64,000 nt of DNA from an uncultured virus (IMG/VR IMGVR_UViG_2609459885_000003) (IMGVR_UViG_2609459885_000003:1-64000); one strand, 5' to 3'. Shown: positions 20,448-30,107, counted from the first letter of the stretch. A program made the numbers and translations. Notes: generated from the sequence alone by a model not told the origin.

Positions 20448-21323
20448 ATGAAATTAACGAAACTGACCGACCATCTCAAGCTGGCCACCGATAAGCTGGT
20501 GGGCTTCAAACCAGAGCCATATGAGCTGAACCCCGGTTTTGGAGAAGCGACAGAGAGTATTTACAAGATGGTTGACCAGTTCCACGAGCTGTTTCAGCAC
20601 CCGCGTCGTGTAATGCCCACTCCGGAGCTGCTGCGCCTGCGCGCTAAGCTGATCCATGAAGAGGCGGTAGAAGAAGGGCTGCCTGCAGCGAAAAAAGGGG
20701 ATATGCAGGGATTGCTGGATGCAATGGCTGACTTCCTGTATGTGGGTGTCGGGACGATGGTAGCCATCAAAGGTGGGCTATCAACTGGCATGAGCTACTA
20801 CACTCAGGAGCAAAGCGTCGATCGCTTTATTCATACCATTATGGTGCCTGGAAATACCGTCTTCGACGATATGGCCATCCCCTTCAATGAAGCAGAAGAA
20901 GCTGCGCTTATGTTGGCCGCGCTGGCCGATAAACTTGAACATAACAAGGTAGGTGATGCTGAGCTGATTCAGGATCTGCGCCGCGTGATGAACAAAATCT
21001 ATGTGGCGTGCATGATGGTGTATCGCCTGGCTGAATTCCTTGGCGTCGACGTCGTGGAGCTGGTGGCGGAGATCCACCGTTCTAATATGACAAAGCTGTG
21101 GCCGGCGGATGCTGAAGCGCGTCGTCTTGCCGTTGAGAGCTGTAAATATGATAAGAATGATCTCGGATTCCGCCATGCTGACGGCACTGACATGATGATC
21201 GGCTATCGCCTGTCTGATGGAAAAATCCTTAAATCGCCGACATATAGCGATGTCGATCTGTCTCGTTTCCTTGAGCAAGCACAGGCATCTTCGCTGTATG
21301 AAGTGGTTAAAAACAGCTTGTAA
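20448..21323 (+). CDS. MazG/PRA-PH-like all-alpha nucleotide pyrophosphohydrolase
   Basis: LIHEEAVEE...LLDAMADFLYV, EIHRSNMTK and DGKILK motifs; located in the nucleotide-metabolism cluster. Confidence 0.75.
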   Translation: MKLTKLTDHLKLATDKLVGFKPEPYELNPGFGEATESIYKMVDQFHELFQHPRRVMPTPELLRLRAKLIHEEAVEEGLPAAKKGDMQGLLDAMADFLYVGVGTMVAIKGGLSTGMSYYTQEQSVDRFIHTIMVPGNTVFDDMAIPFNEAEEAALMLAALADKLEHNKVGDAELIQDLRRVMNKIYVACMMVYRLAEFLGVDVVELVAEIHRSNMTKLWPADAEARRLAVESCKYDKNDLGFRHADGTDMMIGYRLSDGKILKSPTYSDVDLSRFLEQAQASSLYEVVKNSL

Positions 21324-21414
21324 GTACTAACTTATCAATATATATTGAAATGGACGTGTGATCTATTGTCCATTTCTATCCTTATCAATCTTTATTTTCG
21401 ATAAAGTTGAGCGT

Positions 21415-21441
21415 TGGTGGCCCCGTGGCCACCATTTTTTT
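21415..21441 (+). terminator. intrinsic terminator
   Basis: TGGTGGCC-CCGT-GGCCACCA followed by T7. Confidence 0.65.
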
Positions 21442-21516
21442 ACTTAATTTCTAGCCTGGATGTCTTCTCTGTGTTTAAAATGATAGGTATGTACTTACTT
21501 ATTATTTGAGGTCATC

Positions 21517-22620
21517 TTGTCTTTTTTACTTAATCGAGAATTCAGTAACGGTCAGCTGGCTTCTAGCTCTTATGGCCGTGTCATTCAGACCGTTGTTGAT
21601 ACCGGCGTTCCTTCCGAAGATCGCACCGGCACCGGTACGCTTGGCGTTTCTTATGTGCCTTCCTACTACATGCTTACCGGCGGGGCTGTTCCGCTCATTT
21701 CTTCAAAACAGGTAAACCTGAAACCGCTACTGGTTGAGCTTGAATGGTATTTACAAGGTTCAGGCAACATTGGGTTCCTTAAAGAGCATGGTGTGAAGAT
21801 CTGGGATGCTTGGGCCGACGATAATGGCGATTTAGGGCCTGTATATGGCAAGCAGTGGCGTCGATGGGAGGACACCAGAATTGTCCCTTACAGCGAGTAT
21901 CGCCTTAAGGAGGACATCTTCCTGGAACGTGGTTATCGCGTTGAAGGTTACATTGGGCTGAATGAAGACCGCGTCGTTATCACCCGTGAAATCGATCAGT
22001 TACAACGTATGGTTGATCAGTTGCGCAACGACCCGACCGATCGCCGCATACTGCTTAATGCCTGGAATGTTGGTGAGCTGGAGGACATGAAGCTTCCACC
22101 TTGCCACTTTGTGTTGTCCGTATGGAGTCGTGAGCTCGATTTCCAGACCCGTTTGTCTATGGCCACCGACATTGGCATCCAGCATAACCGGCATGGCTAT
22201 GAATCGATCTATACACAGATGCTTTGCCTGATAGAGCAGCGAGGCAGTATCTCTGAGCCAATGCTGGATGAGCTTGGTATCCCTAAACGTATCCTGAACT
22301 CCTGCCTGGTGCAGCGGAGTGTCGATACTTTCCTTGGTATGCCATTCAATATTGCCGGTTACGGCATCCTCACGCAGTTCATTGCGAAGATTACGGGTCA
22401 CATGGCTGGCGCCTTCGTCCATTTCGGCTTTGATGTTCACATTTACAACAACCACTTGGAGCAGGTTGAAGAGCTACTGGCTCGCGAACATCCGGAGTCG
22501 TCCGACCCCATCGTCGTCTTCCCGCACGAATGGGAAGAGCTGGATGACTTCAAATGGGACGGCGTGCAGATCTTCGGCTACGAACCACTTCCATGGATTA
22601 AGGCTCCAGTGGCGGTGTGA
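21517..22620 (+). CDS. thyA: thymidylate synthase
   Basis: DRTGTGT, IWDAWAD, LGPVYGKQWR, LPPCH, QRSVD..LGMPFN, DVHIYNNH; TTG start after GAGG. Confidence 0.95.
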   Translation: MSFLLNREFSNGQLASSSYGRVIQTVVDTGVPSEDRTGTGTLGVSYVPSYYMLTGGAVPLISSKQVNLKPLLVELEWYLQGSGNIGFLKEHGVKIWDAWADDNGDLGPVYGKQWRRWEDTRIVPYSEYRLKEDIFLERGYRVEGYIGLNEDRVVITREIDQLQRMVDQLRNDPTDRRILLNAWNVGELEDMKLPPCHFVLSVWSRELDFQTRLSMATDIGIQHNRHGYESIYTQMLCLIEQRGSISEPMLDELGIPKRILNSCLVQRSVDTFLGMPFNIAGYGILTQFIAKITGHMAGAFVHFGFDVHIYNNHLEQVEELLAREHPESSDPIVVFPHEWEELDDFKWDGVQIFGYEPLPWIKAPVAV

Positions 22621-22621
22621 T

Positions 22622-23035
22622 ATGGCCAGAGGCATGTATGTGTTATGTGAAATTGAAGATGTGCTGGCGAGAGCCGGCCATCGTAAAGCCGCTGCTGATG
22701 AAAACGCAGACACTCTCGTTGCAGGTGATGAGCTCATATTTCCCACAAGCCGCATGTTGCGTGGCTTTGCTCGCTCTGGTGCTGAAGTGGTGCTTATCAG
22801 CCACCGTCCGGAAGCGCTCGAAAGCGCAACCAAGAAATGGCTGAGAGATTTCGGCATTGATTATGACTGGCTGCACCTTGCACCAGGTGGAGTCAATTAC
22901 GAAACCCATATAAAGCGCACGCTTGCCGCGCATAAAGATGATCTGATGATCGCGGCACTGGTGAGTTCGTCACGCCTACGAGCCGCTCTGTCTGGTTTCC
23001 ACCAGCGCCCGGTATTGTATGAGGTATCTCAGTGA
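22622..23035 (+). CDS. HAD-like (polynucleotide 3'-phosphatase-type) protein, motif I degenerate
   Basis: VLCEIEDVLA, ISHRPE..ATKKWL..GIDYDWLHL resemble the PNKP phosphatase-domain family; no canonical DxD. Confidence 0.55.
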   Translation: MARGMYVLCEIEDVLARAGHRKAAADENADTLVAGDELIFPTSRMLRGFARSGAEVVLISHRPEALESATKKWLRDFGIDYDWLHLAPGGVNYETHIKRTLAAHKDDLMIAALVSSSRLRAALSGFHQRPVLYEVSQ

Positions 23036-23508
23036 AGATGATTGCAGCTGTCGGTCGCAATTATGAGATCGGTAGAGGAAACGAACTCCCCTGGCGCTGC
23101 CCCTCAGAGTTAAAACTGTTCAGGGAGCTCACCACAAACGCCACAGTCGTCATGGGCAGAAAGACAATGGAAAGTCTTAAGCGCCCGCTTCCGGAGCGCC
23201 ACAACGTCGTTCTGACGCGCTCATCTGGGTTCATGCCCAATGGTTTTTACCCTGCCACTATGGACGATGTAATGCAGCTTGATGGTCCCGTTTGGGTTAT
23301 CGGCGGTGCGCAGATCTATTCTCTGTTTCTGCCTCACGTCGAGGAACTCTGGTTATCGCATATGGGCGTAGACGCTCCTGACAGTGATGCTCATTTTCCG
23401 CGGCAAATGATGCGTAATCTCGGCTTCTTTCCTGTGTTAACGGCTCATACACAACGGGTAACGGAGGATGAGCCAGGCTTCCAACAGATTGTTTACAGAA
23501 GGTGGTAA
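23032..23508 (+). CDS. folA: dihydrofolate reductase
   Basis: MIAAV..N..IG..NELPW, VVMGRKTMESL..PLP.R.NVVL, VIGGAQIY. Confidence 0.95.
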   Translation: MKMIAAVGRNYEIGRGNELPWRCPSELKLFRELTTNATVVMGRKTMESLKRPLPERHNVVLTRSSGFMPNGFYPATMDDVMQLDGPVWVIGGAQIYSLFLPHVEELWLSHMGVDAPDSDAHFPRQMMRNLGFFPVLTAHTQRVTEDEPGFQQIVYRRW

Positions 23509-24152
23509 TGGATTACCGAATTGGGATCACTGGCGCTCAGGGCAGTGGAAAAACAACCCTGGCAAAGTTTATCGACGAGCATTACGGGATTCCGTATGTG
23601 GATGCTGGCGTCGGCGCACTGATGACAAGGCTTGGAGTCAACGTAGGCGATCCAATGCCGCTCTTTGAGCGTCTGCAGGTGCAGATGGAAGTTGCCCGCC
23701 ATATTGAGCTGGTAACACGCGGAGCGGAAGGCTTTGTAATAGACCGTACGCCTGCTGATGTGATGGCTTATACGCTCGATTTGGTCGGCCAGACCAATGA
23801 CCAACGATGTATTGATCTGGTGCTGGAAATTGAGCGTTTTTGCCACAAGACCGCGTTGTCCAATTTTAATGCCATTGCGGGGCTGCGCCCGGGCGTGAAT
23901 TTGAGAGCACAAGATTATGAACGTGCCCAGAGAGGTTCGCTTGATCGCCTTTATGTCGCTCGTATCGACTCGTTGATGTGTGGCGAGCTGACAAAAATTA
24001 ACTCTCTGGCCAAATCCGGAGATCTGCAGGTTTTCGTCCTGTCGGGAACCTGCATTTCCGTTGACGCAAGAGCACGCTCGATCATGCGAGTAATCGACCG
24101 CCATGTGGAACGTATAGAGAGCCGTATCTCAAATCGCGTCACCTTCCACTGA
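23508..24152 (+). CDS. P-loop nucleotide kinase-like protein
   Basis: RIGITGAQGSGKTT and IDRTPAD; TAATG-coupled to folA. Confidence 0.75.
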   Translation: MDYRIGITGAQGSGKTTLAKFIDEHYGIPYVDAGVGALMTRLGVNVGDPMPLFERLQVQMEVARHIELVTRGAEGFVIDRTPADVMAYTLDLVGQTNDQRCIDLVLEIERFCHKTALSNFNAIAGLRPGVNLRAQDYERAQRGSLDRLYVARIDSLMCGELTKINSLAKSGDLQVFVLSGTCISVDARARSIMRVIDRHVERIESRISNRVTFH

Positions 24153-24214
24153 TTCTTGTTCCCCTGTGAAGGAATGCCAGAATAACGTCACCAAAAATAG
24201 TTCAGGAAAACAGA

Positions 24215-24634
24215 ATGTTAGGCGAAATATCTCTGGCTGATGAGTTAGATCGTAAAACGATAGAGGCGCTAACACGCATCGCAGACGAGCAGTCCCGATC
24301 GCTGATGACAGAACGAGAGGCCAGGCTGGCTATCAGAGCTGTTTTTGAGTCCGTTCAGGGATTGGTAGGCGATGATGTGGGAGAGGTTCTGAATGTGGCA
24401 ATGTCCCAGTTCAGCGAACGCGGCAAGCGACCTATCTTCCCCATGCATATCAAAATGGCTGCCGGCACTGTTCTGTATGTGTCGATTTGTCTGGATACCA
24501 ATGAAATTCGCATTCTCAACGTCACCACTGGTGAGTGGCGTGCGCCGGTAGAGTGCGAATCGCAGGAGGAGACCATCAAAAAAGCAGCTCAATTCGTGCG
24601 TAGCGCACTGCTTAAAGGTGCCAAAAAGCTGTAA
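24215..24634 (+). CDS. hypothetical protein
   Basis: 139-aa ORF with RBS AGGA. Confidence 0.7.
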   Translation: MLGEISLADELDRKTIEALTRIADEQSRSLMTEREARLAIRAVFESVQGLVGDDVGEVLNVAMSQFSERGKRPIFPMHIKMAAGTVLYVSICLDTNEIRILNVTTGEWRAPVECESQEETIKKAAQFVRSALLKGAKKL

Positions 24635-24643
24635 GGAGTAGTT

Positions 24644-25201
24644 ATGACAACTATTGTTGCTGGGCTTGATATTGAATCTACAGGGTTGGACTTTAGGGCT
24701 AACCACAAGATTATTGAAATAGCCATTACCCGCTATGAGCTGGAGACCCAGAAGCACATCGATAGTCTGGCGATGCGTTTTAACCCGCGGCGGAGTATCG
24801 ATCCAAAAGCCCAGGCAGTGCATGGCATTTCGCTGGAAGATCTTTCCGCAGAGCCACTATTGTCTGAACATGCCGGTAAAATCGCTCGCTATATTAGCGA
24901 TGCAAGCGTTTTGGTTGCTCACAATGGTGAAGCGTTCGACCTCCCCTTTATTCGCCATGAATTTGCAGAGTACGGCGTCACTCTCCCAGAGCTGCCTCTT
25001 GTGGACACTATGTTATCCGGATTATGGGCGACAGAAGACGGCAAACGGCCGCGACTGGAGGAACTCGCCTTCTCATTGGGTTTTGTCTATGACAAGGCTA
25101 AGGCGCACAGCGCGCTCTATGATACCGATCTGATGATGCACTGCTTTTTCAAAGCACGGGAAAAATACGGCTTCTATAAGCTCCCATTCGAAAGCGCCTG
25201 A
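24644..25201 (+). CDS. DEDDh 3'-5' exonuclease (DnaQ/epsilon-like)
   Basis: LDIESTGL, AHNGEAFD, AHSALYD. Confidence 0.9.
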   Translation: MTTIVAGLDIESTGLDFRANHKIIEIAITRYELETQKHIDSLAMRFNPRRSIDPKAQAVHGISLEDLSAEPLLSEHAGKIARYISDASVLVAHNGEAFDLPFIRHEFAEYGVTLPELPLVDTMLSGLWATEDGKRPRLEELAFSLGFVYDKAKAHSALYDTDLMMHCFFKAREKYGFYKLPFESA

Positions 25202-25326
25202 CGGCGCTTTCGCCCCTATCATTATCCCAACTGCCTGTATTTACTTCTTTTCCACCTAATAGGTTTTGACAAAATGCTCTCAACCCAAAAACGTATAAAC
25301 GCTCACACAACGTAAAGGAGAGAGAC

Positions 25327-26160
25327 ATGAGCAACCTCAACAATACAGTCAAAAAAGATGATCTGGATGAGCTGACCGCCATGCTGCAACTGCTCGATGA
25401 GCCTGAAAAACTGGCTTCGGAGGCCGTTGTGGGGGACGAAATAGACGACCTGCTGGCAGATCTTAACGATGAGACAATCGTGCCGGTGCCGGCTGTTGCT
25501 GAAACTGTAATGGAAGCGAAAGACGGCGGCGATCTCACCGGTGTGTTTGAAGAGTTGGAAAACGAACATGAGTCGCTGAAGGTGGTTGATGTTGAGATAC
25601 CTCAAGTCGAGTCGATCTCCCCTCTTCCTGAGATCGACTCGACACAGGGTGATAAACCTCAGACTGATGAAAAAAAGGAGAAACACGCCAAAGAATCGTC
25701 AGTTGCGGCTCAGCCAAAAGAGTCGAAGGCGGCGAATAAAGAGCGCGCAGCACCCAAGCCTCGATTCAGCCTGAACGATAAGGGCGATGATTTTTATGCT
25801 GCGGCTGGTCTGAAACGTGAGGTCTTAATCGAAGCTCTGAATGCGGCGCCGGTCAAGGCAAAAGACAAGATCTCTAACCTGCTAAATTGGTTCAATGGCG
25901 GACCGGATATCAGCATCTACACGGTGATTGCATTGCGGCATCTTATTGACACAAAAGAGGCAAGCAGCAATAGCATTAAGCTGGCGTTAATGAGCTATCC
26001 GGAAAAGCCATATCCACTCAGCACCGCGTCGACTCAGGCTGGCCAGATGATGGCTGTTTTCCCAGTCACGGGAATCGCTACGAGGGATGGTGGAAGATTG
26101 CTTCTTAATGAAGAGTCCCCGATCGTAAGGAAATTTATCGCGGAGTATTCCATTGGCTGA
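25327..26160 (+). CDS. hypothetical protein with acidic N-terminal half
   Basis: 277-aa ORF with RBS AAGGAG. Confidence 0.75.
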   Translation: MSNLNNTVKKDDLDELTAMLQLLDEPEKLASEAVVGDEIDDLLADLNDETIVPVPAVAETVMEAKDGGDLTGVFEELENEHESLKVVDVEIPQVESISPLPEIDSTQGDKPQTDEKKEKHAKESSVAAQPKESKAANKERAAPKPRFSLNDKGDDFYAAAGLKREVLIEALNAAPVKAKDKISNLLNWFNGGPDISIYTVIALRHLIDTKEASSNSIKLALMSYPEKPYPLSTASTQAGQMMAVFPVTGIATRDGGRLLLNEESPIVRKFIAEYSIG

Positions 26161-26344
26161 CGATCCGTTTCGCGCTCTGAAGCCCCCTGATAGTTTTAGA
26201 GCGTTGGACAGTTATTCGTATGCCCCAACAGTAAAAAACACGCCAGAGCGTCTCCCGTTAAGCAATCTGGCGTGTTTTTTCTTTATTTGCCATTCGTAAA
26301 ATGACATGAAAAAATAGGTAAGTACTTACCTATTGGGTTGTAAA

Positions 26345-26938
26345 ATGATAGCAGCCGGAAAAATCAAAAAGCGAGAGCGAGATGCCTCTCTTAGAGACCT
26401 TTGGCGCACACCGAAATGGTTGTTTGTCGCCATTCAGCGATATCTCGGCATTACGTTTGATGTTGATGTCGCCTGTAACAAAGAAAACGCGCTTCTTCCG
26501 AGCTATATCGGTGTGGAACGAGATGCTCTTAAGTCCAGCTGGGGTGAACCTGGTACGGTGGCCTTTCTCAACCCGCCCTACTCCAAAATAACCCCCTGGA
26601 TAGAGGCGGCTATCCGAGAGCAAGCGCGTGGTGTAACCACCGTTATGCTCATTCCGCAATCGCTCGACACGATGTGGTATGAGCGCGCCACCGAGTGCGC
26701 AAACCAGACGGTAGTTCTGTCTGGCGGCCGCGTAGCGTTCATGGAACCAGATGTCACATTGGGTTTGGTTGAGGTCAATATCAACCCAGGCGGAAGTATG
26801 CTGGTGGTCTTCCGCGGATTCTGTCAGAACGCTGGTCACTTCATGAATAAAGTCCCGCTGACGGTGATGAAAAGTCTGGGTGGTTACGATCCTGCCACAG
26901 TGATCAGGAAAAAAAGACCACGGAAACAGGCTGCTTAA
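26345..26938 (+). CDS. phage DNA N6-adenine methyltransferase (phage Dam family)
   Basis: DLWRTPKWLF, FDVDVAC, FLNPPYS, GRVAF. Confidence 0.88.
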   Translation: MIAAGKIKKRERDASLRDLWRTPKWLFVAIQRYLGITFDVDVACNKENALLPSYIGVERDALKSSWGEPGTVAFLNPPYSKITPWIEAAIREQARGVTTVMLIPQSLDTMWYERATECANQTVVLSGGRVAFMEPDVTLGLVEVNINPGGSMLVVFRGFCQNAGHFMNKVPLTVMKSLGGYDPATVIRKKRPRKQAA

Positions 26939-26943
26939 TCCGA

Positions 26944-27052
26944 GTCTGGGAGAGTTTCATAACCTGCTTTCGTATATATAAATAACTAAGTACTAATTAT
27001 AAACATATACGAAAGCAGGCTTTTCCTTGTCGATTTCAAACCACTCCCAGAC
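26944..27052. repeat. nested inverted-repeat element, copy 1
   Basis: Outer IR GTCTGGGAG/CTCCCAGAC; inner IR CCTGCTTTCGTATAT/ATATACGAAAGCAGG; AT-rich core. Confidence 0.85.
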
Positions 27053-27135
27053 CGAAACAAGACGCCCAGACCACTCTGGAACCCCTTTCTAGACGCTATA
27101 GAATCGTTTTTGTGAACACAAGTAAGGAAACCATC

Positions 27136-27369
27136 ATGGCATACCCGACCAACGTTGTAGCGCTCGTTGAGAGCGATTTTTTGGCTAACGCTCGCGAACT
27201 CATGAAGGATCGTGAAAAGGCATTCAGTCTTTACGAGTGGTCACTGAAATGTTTGCACACTGGCGAACACAAAGACCTGATTGAGCAGCTCCTTGGCGAG
27301 CTAATCAACGAGGTTTTTGCTCTGCAAGTTCAGCTTCATGGTAGACAAAATGATCAGTCAAAAAAGTAA
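27136..27369 (+). CDS. hypothetical protein
   Basis: 77-aa ORF with RBS TAAGGA. Confidence 0.7.
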   Translation: MAYPTNVVALVESDFLANARELMKDREKAFSLYEWSLKCLHTGEHKDLIEQLLGELINEVFALQVQLHGRQNDQSKK

Positions 27370-27383
27370 GTAAGTAGTTACCG

Positions 27384-27412
27384 TTTACGATGTATCATAG
27401 TGGTTGTAGAAT
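27384..27412 (+). promoter_or_regulatory. sigma70-like promoter with overlapping operator-like site
   Basis: TTTACG-17 bp-TAGAAT; an operator-A-like site at 27366-27385 touches the -35. Confidence 0.6.
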
Positions 27413-27417
27413 GATGT

Positions 27418-27860
27418 CGATTTCGACCTGAGTCGAAATCTCGGTCTGGTGGGTGGAGGATAGCGTCACTGGCACCAGACTTAAAAAAGCCCACAACCAG
27501 CGCAGAACCAGCCCTTTTGGGGTCTGGGGAAGGGGGAACCAAAGTGGGCAGAGAGAAGGGTCACTTTATTATTGTCGAGTCTGGGTATTTTGAGAGGTTG
27601 AATCCAGTACTCCCCTTCATGAAGTGTGGGAAGATCTCGGTTCTGGGGTGCTGTCATCCATAACTTCCCAAGCCTAAGCTGGCAGTAGACTTAGGTCATA
27701 ACTTTTCAGGTTATGAAACGACCAGGTTGGTGAGGATTTTTTACTCACCTCCCTGGGAGAGTATTACCTGAAAAGACAACCTCTCACTTCGTTCGAGGTG
27801 AACTTCACTCACTTCGTTCGCTCAGTTCAGGTAAAAATAAACCCGATCTGGGAAGTAATT
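27418..27860 (+). ncRNA. putative large structured non-coding RNA or long 5' leader of rnhA
   Basis: No credible ORF; at least 8 stems visible by eye (e.g. 27419-27440, 27444/27473, 27591/27777, 27764/27826); lies directly behind a promoter. Confidence 0.45.
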
Positions 27861-27941
27861 CATTGAAAAGAAATATGTATAAACACGCGTGCGCACACGC
27901 GCGAGGAAAAACGGGCGGCGGCGCACGCTTTGGAGTTAGAT

Positions 27942-28529
27942 ATGACGACAAGCACACACGCCAGACGAAAAACGGCAGCCGGCCGTGCGCAGCACCAGTA
28001 TCAAAAACACCCCCGCAAAAACTTCAAAACGCCAGTTGTCGAATTTAATCCCCGGTTTAAGACGGTCAAAGTTTTCAGTGATGGCTCTTGTCTCAGAAAC
28101 CCAGGCGGGCCCGGTGGATATGGCATCGTCTTTCAGTTCCGCGGCGAAGAACGCGAGTTTTCCGACGGCTTCCACAGCACCACAAACAATCGCATGGAGA
28201 TGATGGGTGCCCTGATAGCTTTGGAACGCCTTAAATTCTCCTGCAACGTGATCCTGCACTCAGATAGCCAGTATCTCAAAAATGGTATGACCCTCTGGAT
28301 GAAGGGGTGGAAACAAAATGGTTGGATCACTGCTGACAAGAAGCCTGTTAAGAATGTCGACCTCTGGAAACGACTCGATTTAGCCGCCAGTCGCCACAAT
28401 GTCAGGTGGAACTGGGTAAAGGGCCACGCCGGGCATCGAGAAAACGAAATATGCGACAGGCTGGCCAAGATCGCAGCATATGCGGCAGCGGATACTCCAC
28501 ACAAAAAAGATGCTGGTTTTTTGGTGTAA
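27942..28529 (+). CDS. rnhA: ribonuclease HI with basic N-terminal extension
   Basis: [44 protein letters not shown]. Confidence 0.93.
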   Translation: MTTSTHARRKTAAGRAQHQYQKHPRKNFKTPVVEFNPRFKTVKVFSDGSCLRNPGGPGGYGIVFQFRGEEREFSDGFHSTTNNRMEMMGALIALERLKFSCNVILHSDSQYLKNGMTLWMKGWKQNGWITADKKPVKNVDLWKRLDLAASRHNVRWNWVKGHAGHRENEICDRLAKIAAYAAADTPHKKDAGFLV

Positions 28530-28686
28530 AATGATAAGTAAGTATTTACCTATTATTTTGTATCATGTATCTTACCCATCGTCAGGATGACAACGTGCTG
28601 GTTAGGCACGGTTCCAAGGATGGAACGCAAAAAACGGCGGCTGGACATTCCAGCCGCAACTCTTTCTGACATTGAAAGGATTTCAA

Positions 28687-29226
28687 ATGGCACATCAAAC
28701 GCCTTCCTCTTCTCTTAAGAAACACCCCCGTTCGCTACGACTCATCCTGGCGGAGTTATTCTCCGGCCGTGTGTCTGCACGCCTGTCCGAACTGGAAGAG
28801 AAAGTAGGTCAAATGGAGCATCGTCTGGATGACCATGCGGTGGCCATCTCTAACCTGGGGGCTCGTGTGGCAATGGGGGAAGTGACCAAGACCCGAACCG
28901 CAAAAATCCTGCGAGACACCTGGGGCGTGCGAGCCAATCAAACGCGCATGGAGAGCTCAGATGGATCAATTTCAACGAAAAAGACTACTTCCAATGGCCT
29001 ACGGGCTGATCACGATTTGTCTGGCAGCCGTAGCAATACCGTCGACTCAGGCGTTGCTGATGCCGGACTCATGCAAAACGGTTTCGCAGCAGACGCCGGC
29101 ACCAGTCACGGAAAGCACACTCAGCATCACCACCATGCCCCGGTCTGCCACTCTGGATGGGATGCGGTTGGATTCGATTCCTCAAGTTCGTCCTGCGACT
29201 CCGGATCTTCCTCCTGCTGCGACTGA
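28687..29226 (+). CDS. hypothetical protein (coiled coil; His/Ser/Cys-rich tail)
   Basis: RBS AAGGA; ends in HHHH...SSSSSCDSGSSSCCD. Confidence 0.6.
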   Translation: MAHQTPSSSLKKHPRSLRLILAELFSGRVSARLSELEEKVGQMEHRLDDHAVAISNLGARVAMGEVTKTRTAKILRDTWGVRANQTRMESSDGSISTKKTTSNGLRADHDLSGSRSNTVDSGVADAGLMQNGFAADAGTSHGKHTQHHHHAPVCHSGWDAVGFDSSSSSCDSGSSSCCD

Positions 29227-29235
29227 GGTGATGGC

Positions 29236-29424
29236 GTGATCTTCTTACTCAAAAACTGGTCATTCATTTGGATAGCCATTCTGCTTTTGGCGGTGGGTGG
29301 CTGGATCTCAAACATCGTTAAGCTGGCACTACACGGTGATTTATTTCTTCACTCAGGTATGACGATCGCTCGTGTTGTGGGGATTTTTGTCCCACCGATC
29401 GGCTCTGTTCTCGGGTTCTGTTAA
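29236..29424 (+). CDS. small membrane protein
   Basis: Hydrophobic 62-aa ORF with GGWISNIVKL and RVVGIFVPPIGSVLGF. Confidence 0.65.
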   Translation: MIFLLKNWSFIWIAILLLAVGGWISNIVKLALHGDLFLHSGMTIARVVGIFVPPIGSVLGFC

Positions 29425-29526
29425 TGGGCGTAGGGGTTGAAGCCTTGGAGGCTCTCTTTGCTGCCTTAATGTTTATCTGTATACGAAAACAATTTGTTTA
29501 AGCACATAACATATAGGGAAAAATAC

Positions 29527-29952
29527 ATGTTAGGTTTCTTCAAAAAGAAAACTCGTAAAGCGGTTATTGAAGTTAAAAAAATGGAGAACCGCGATGCGGT
29601 CGAAGCTACTGTCTGGGGCGCATACATGATCGCTTATGCAGACGGCAACTGTGATGCAAAAGAAATCGCTATTCTGGAGAAGACCATCTCCGCATTGCCA
29701 GCTTTCTCACCGTTCGCGGGTGAGATCGCCCAGATGAGCAGCAATATTCGTGCTCGCTATGAAGCTTCTCCTCGTTCCGCCAACGCACAGGCTCTTCGGG
29801 AGCTGGCTGATGTCGCCGGCACTCCAGAAGCCGTTGATGTGTTGTGTCTCTGCCTGGATATTGCCGATCAGGATGGCATCGGCAAAGAAGAAGAGGTTGT
29901 GCTGAAGAAAATTGCTCAGGCGCTGCAGTTATCTCTGGATGCGTACATCTAA
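29527..29952 (+). CDS. TerB-family protein
   Basis: IAYADGNCDAKE and IADQDGIGKEE repeats typical of the TerB fold. Confidence 0.85.
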   Translation: MLGFFKKKTRKAVIEVKKMENRDAVEATVWGAYMIAYADGNCDAKEIAILEKTISALPAFSPFAGEIAQMSSNIRARYEASPRSANAQALRELADVAGTPEAVDVLCLCLDIADQDGIGKEEEVVLKKIAQALQLSLDAYI

Positions 29953-30107
29953 TGGCAGAGAAATTAAGGCTGGCCGTCGTCGCCATTCTTCTCGTGCTGG
30001 TCGTGCTGGTGGACTTCACTGGCAAACTGATGTCTATCGCGGCAGATGGCGTGTTGGTTGGATTGACTATCTACTTTGCCCAACCTCTACTTAAAAAATC
30101 GAAGTGA
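29952..30107 (+). CDS. small membrane protein
   Basis: TAATG-coupled to the TerB gene; two hydrophobic stretches. Confidence 0.6.
   Translation: MAEKLRLAVVAILLVLVVLVDFTGKLMSIAADGVLVGLTIYFAQPLLKKSK

Noticed and set aside
21517..22620. ThyA homologue as a dCMP hydroxymethylase for hypermodified DNA
   Set aside because: It keeps the dUMP-specifying Asn (PFN) and is linked to DHFR, as expected for a canonical thymidylate synthase.
26944..27052. N15-like telomere resolution site (telRL)
   Set aside because: The palindrome centre is imperfect, there are two copies, and no protelomerase is visible in the window.
27418..28529. Retron (msr-msd with RNase H)
   Set aside because: No reverse transcriptase was found in the window, and I saw no clear terminal a1/a2 inverted repeats enclosing the region.
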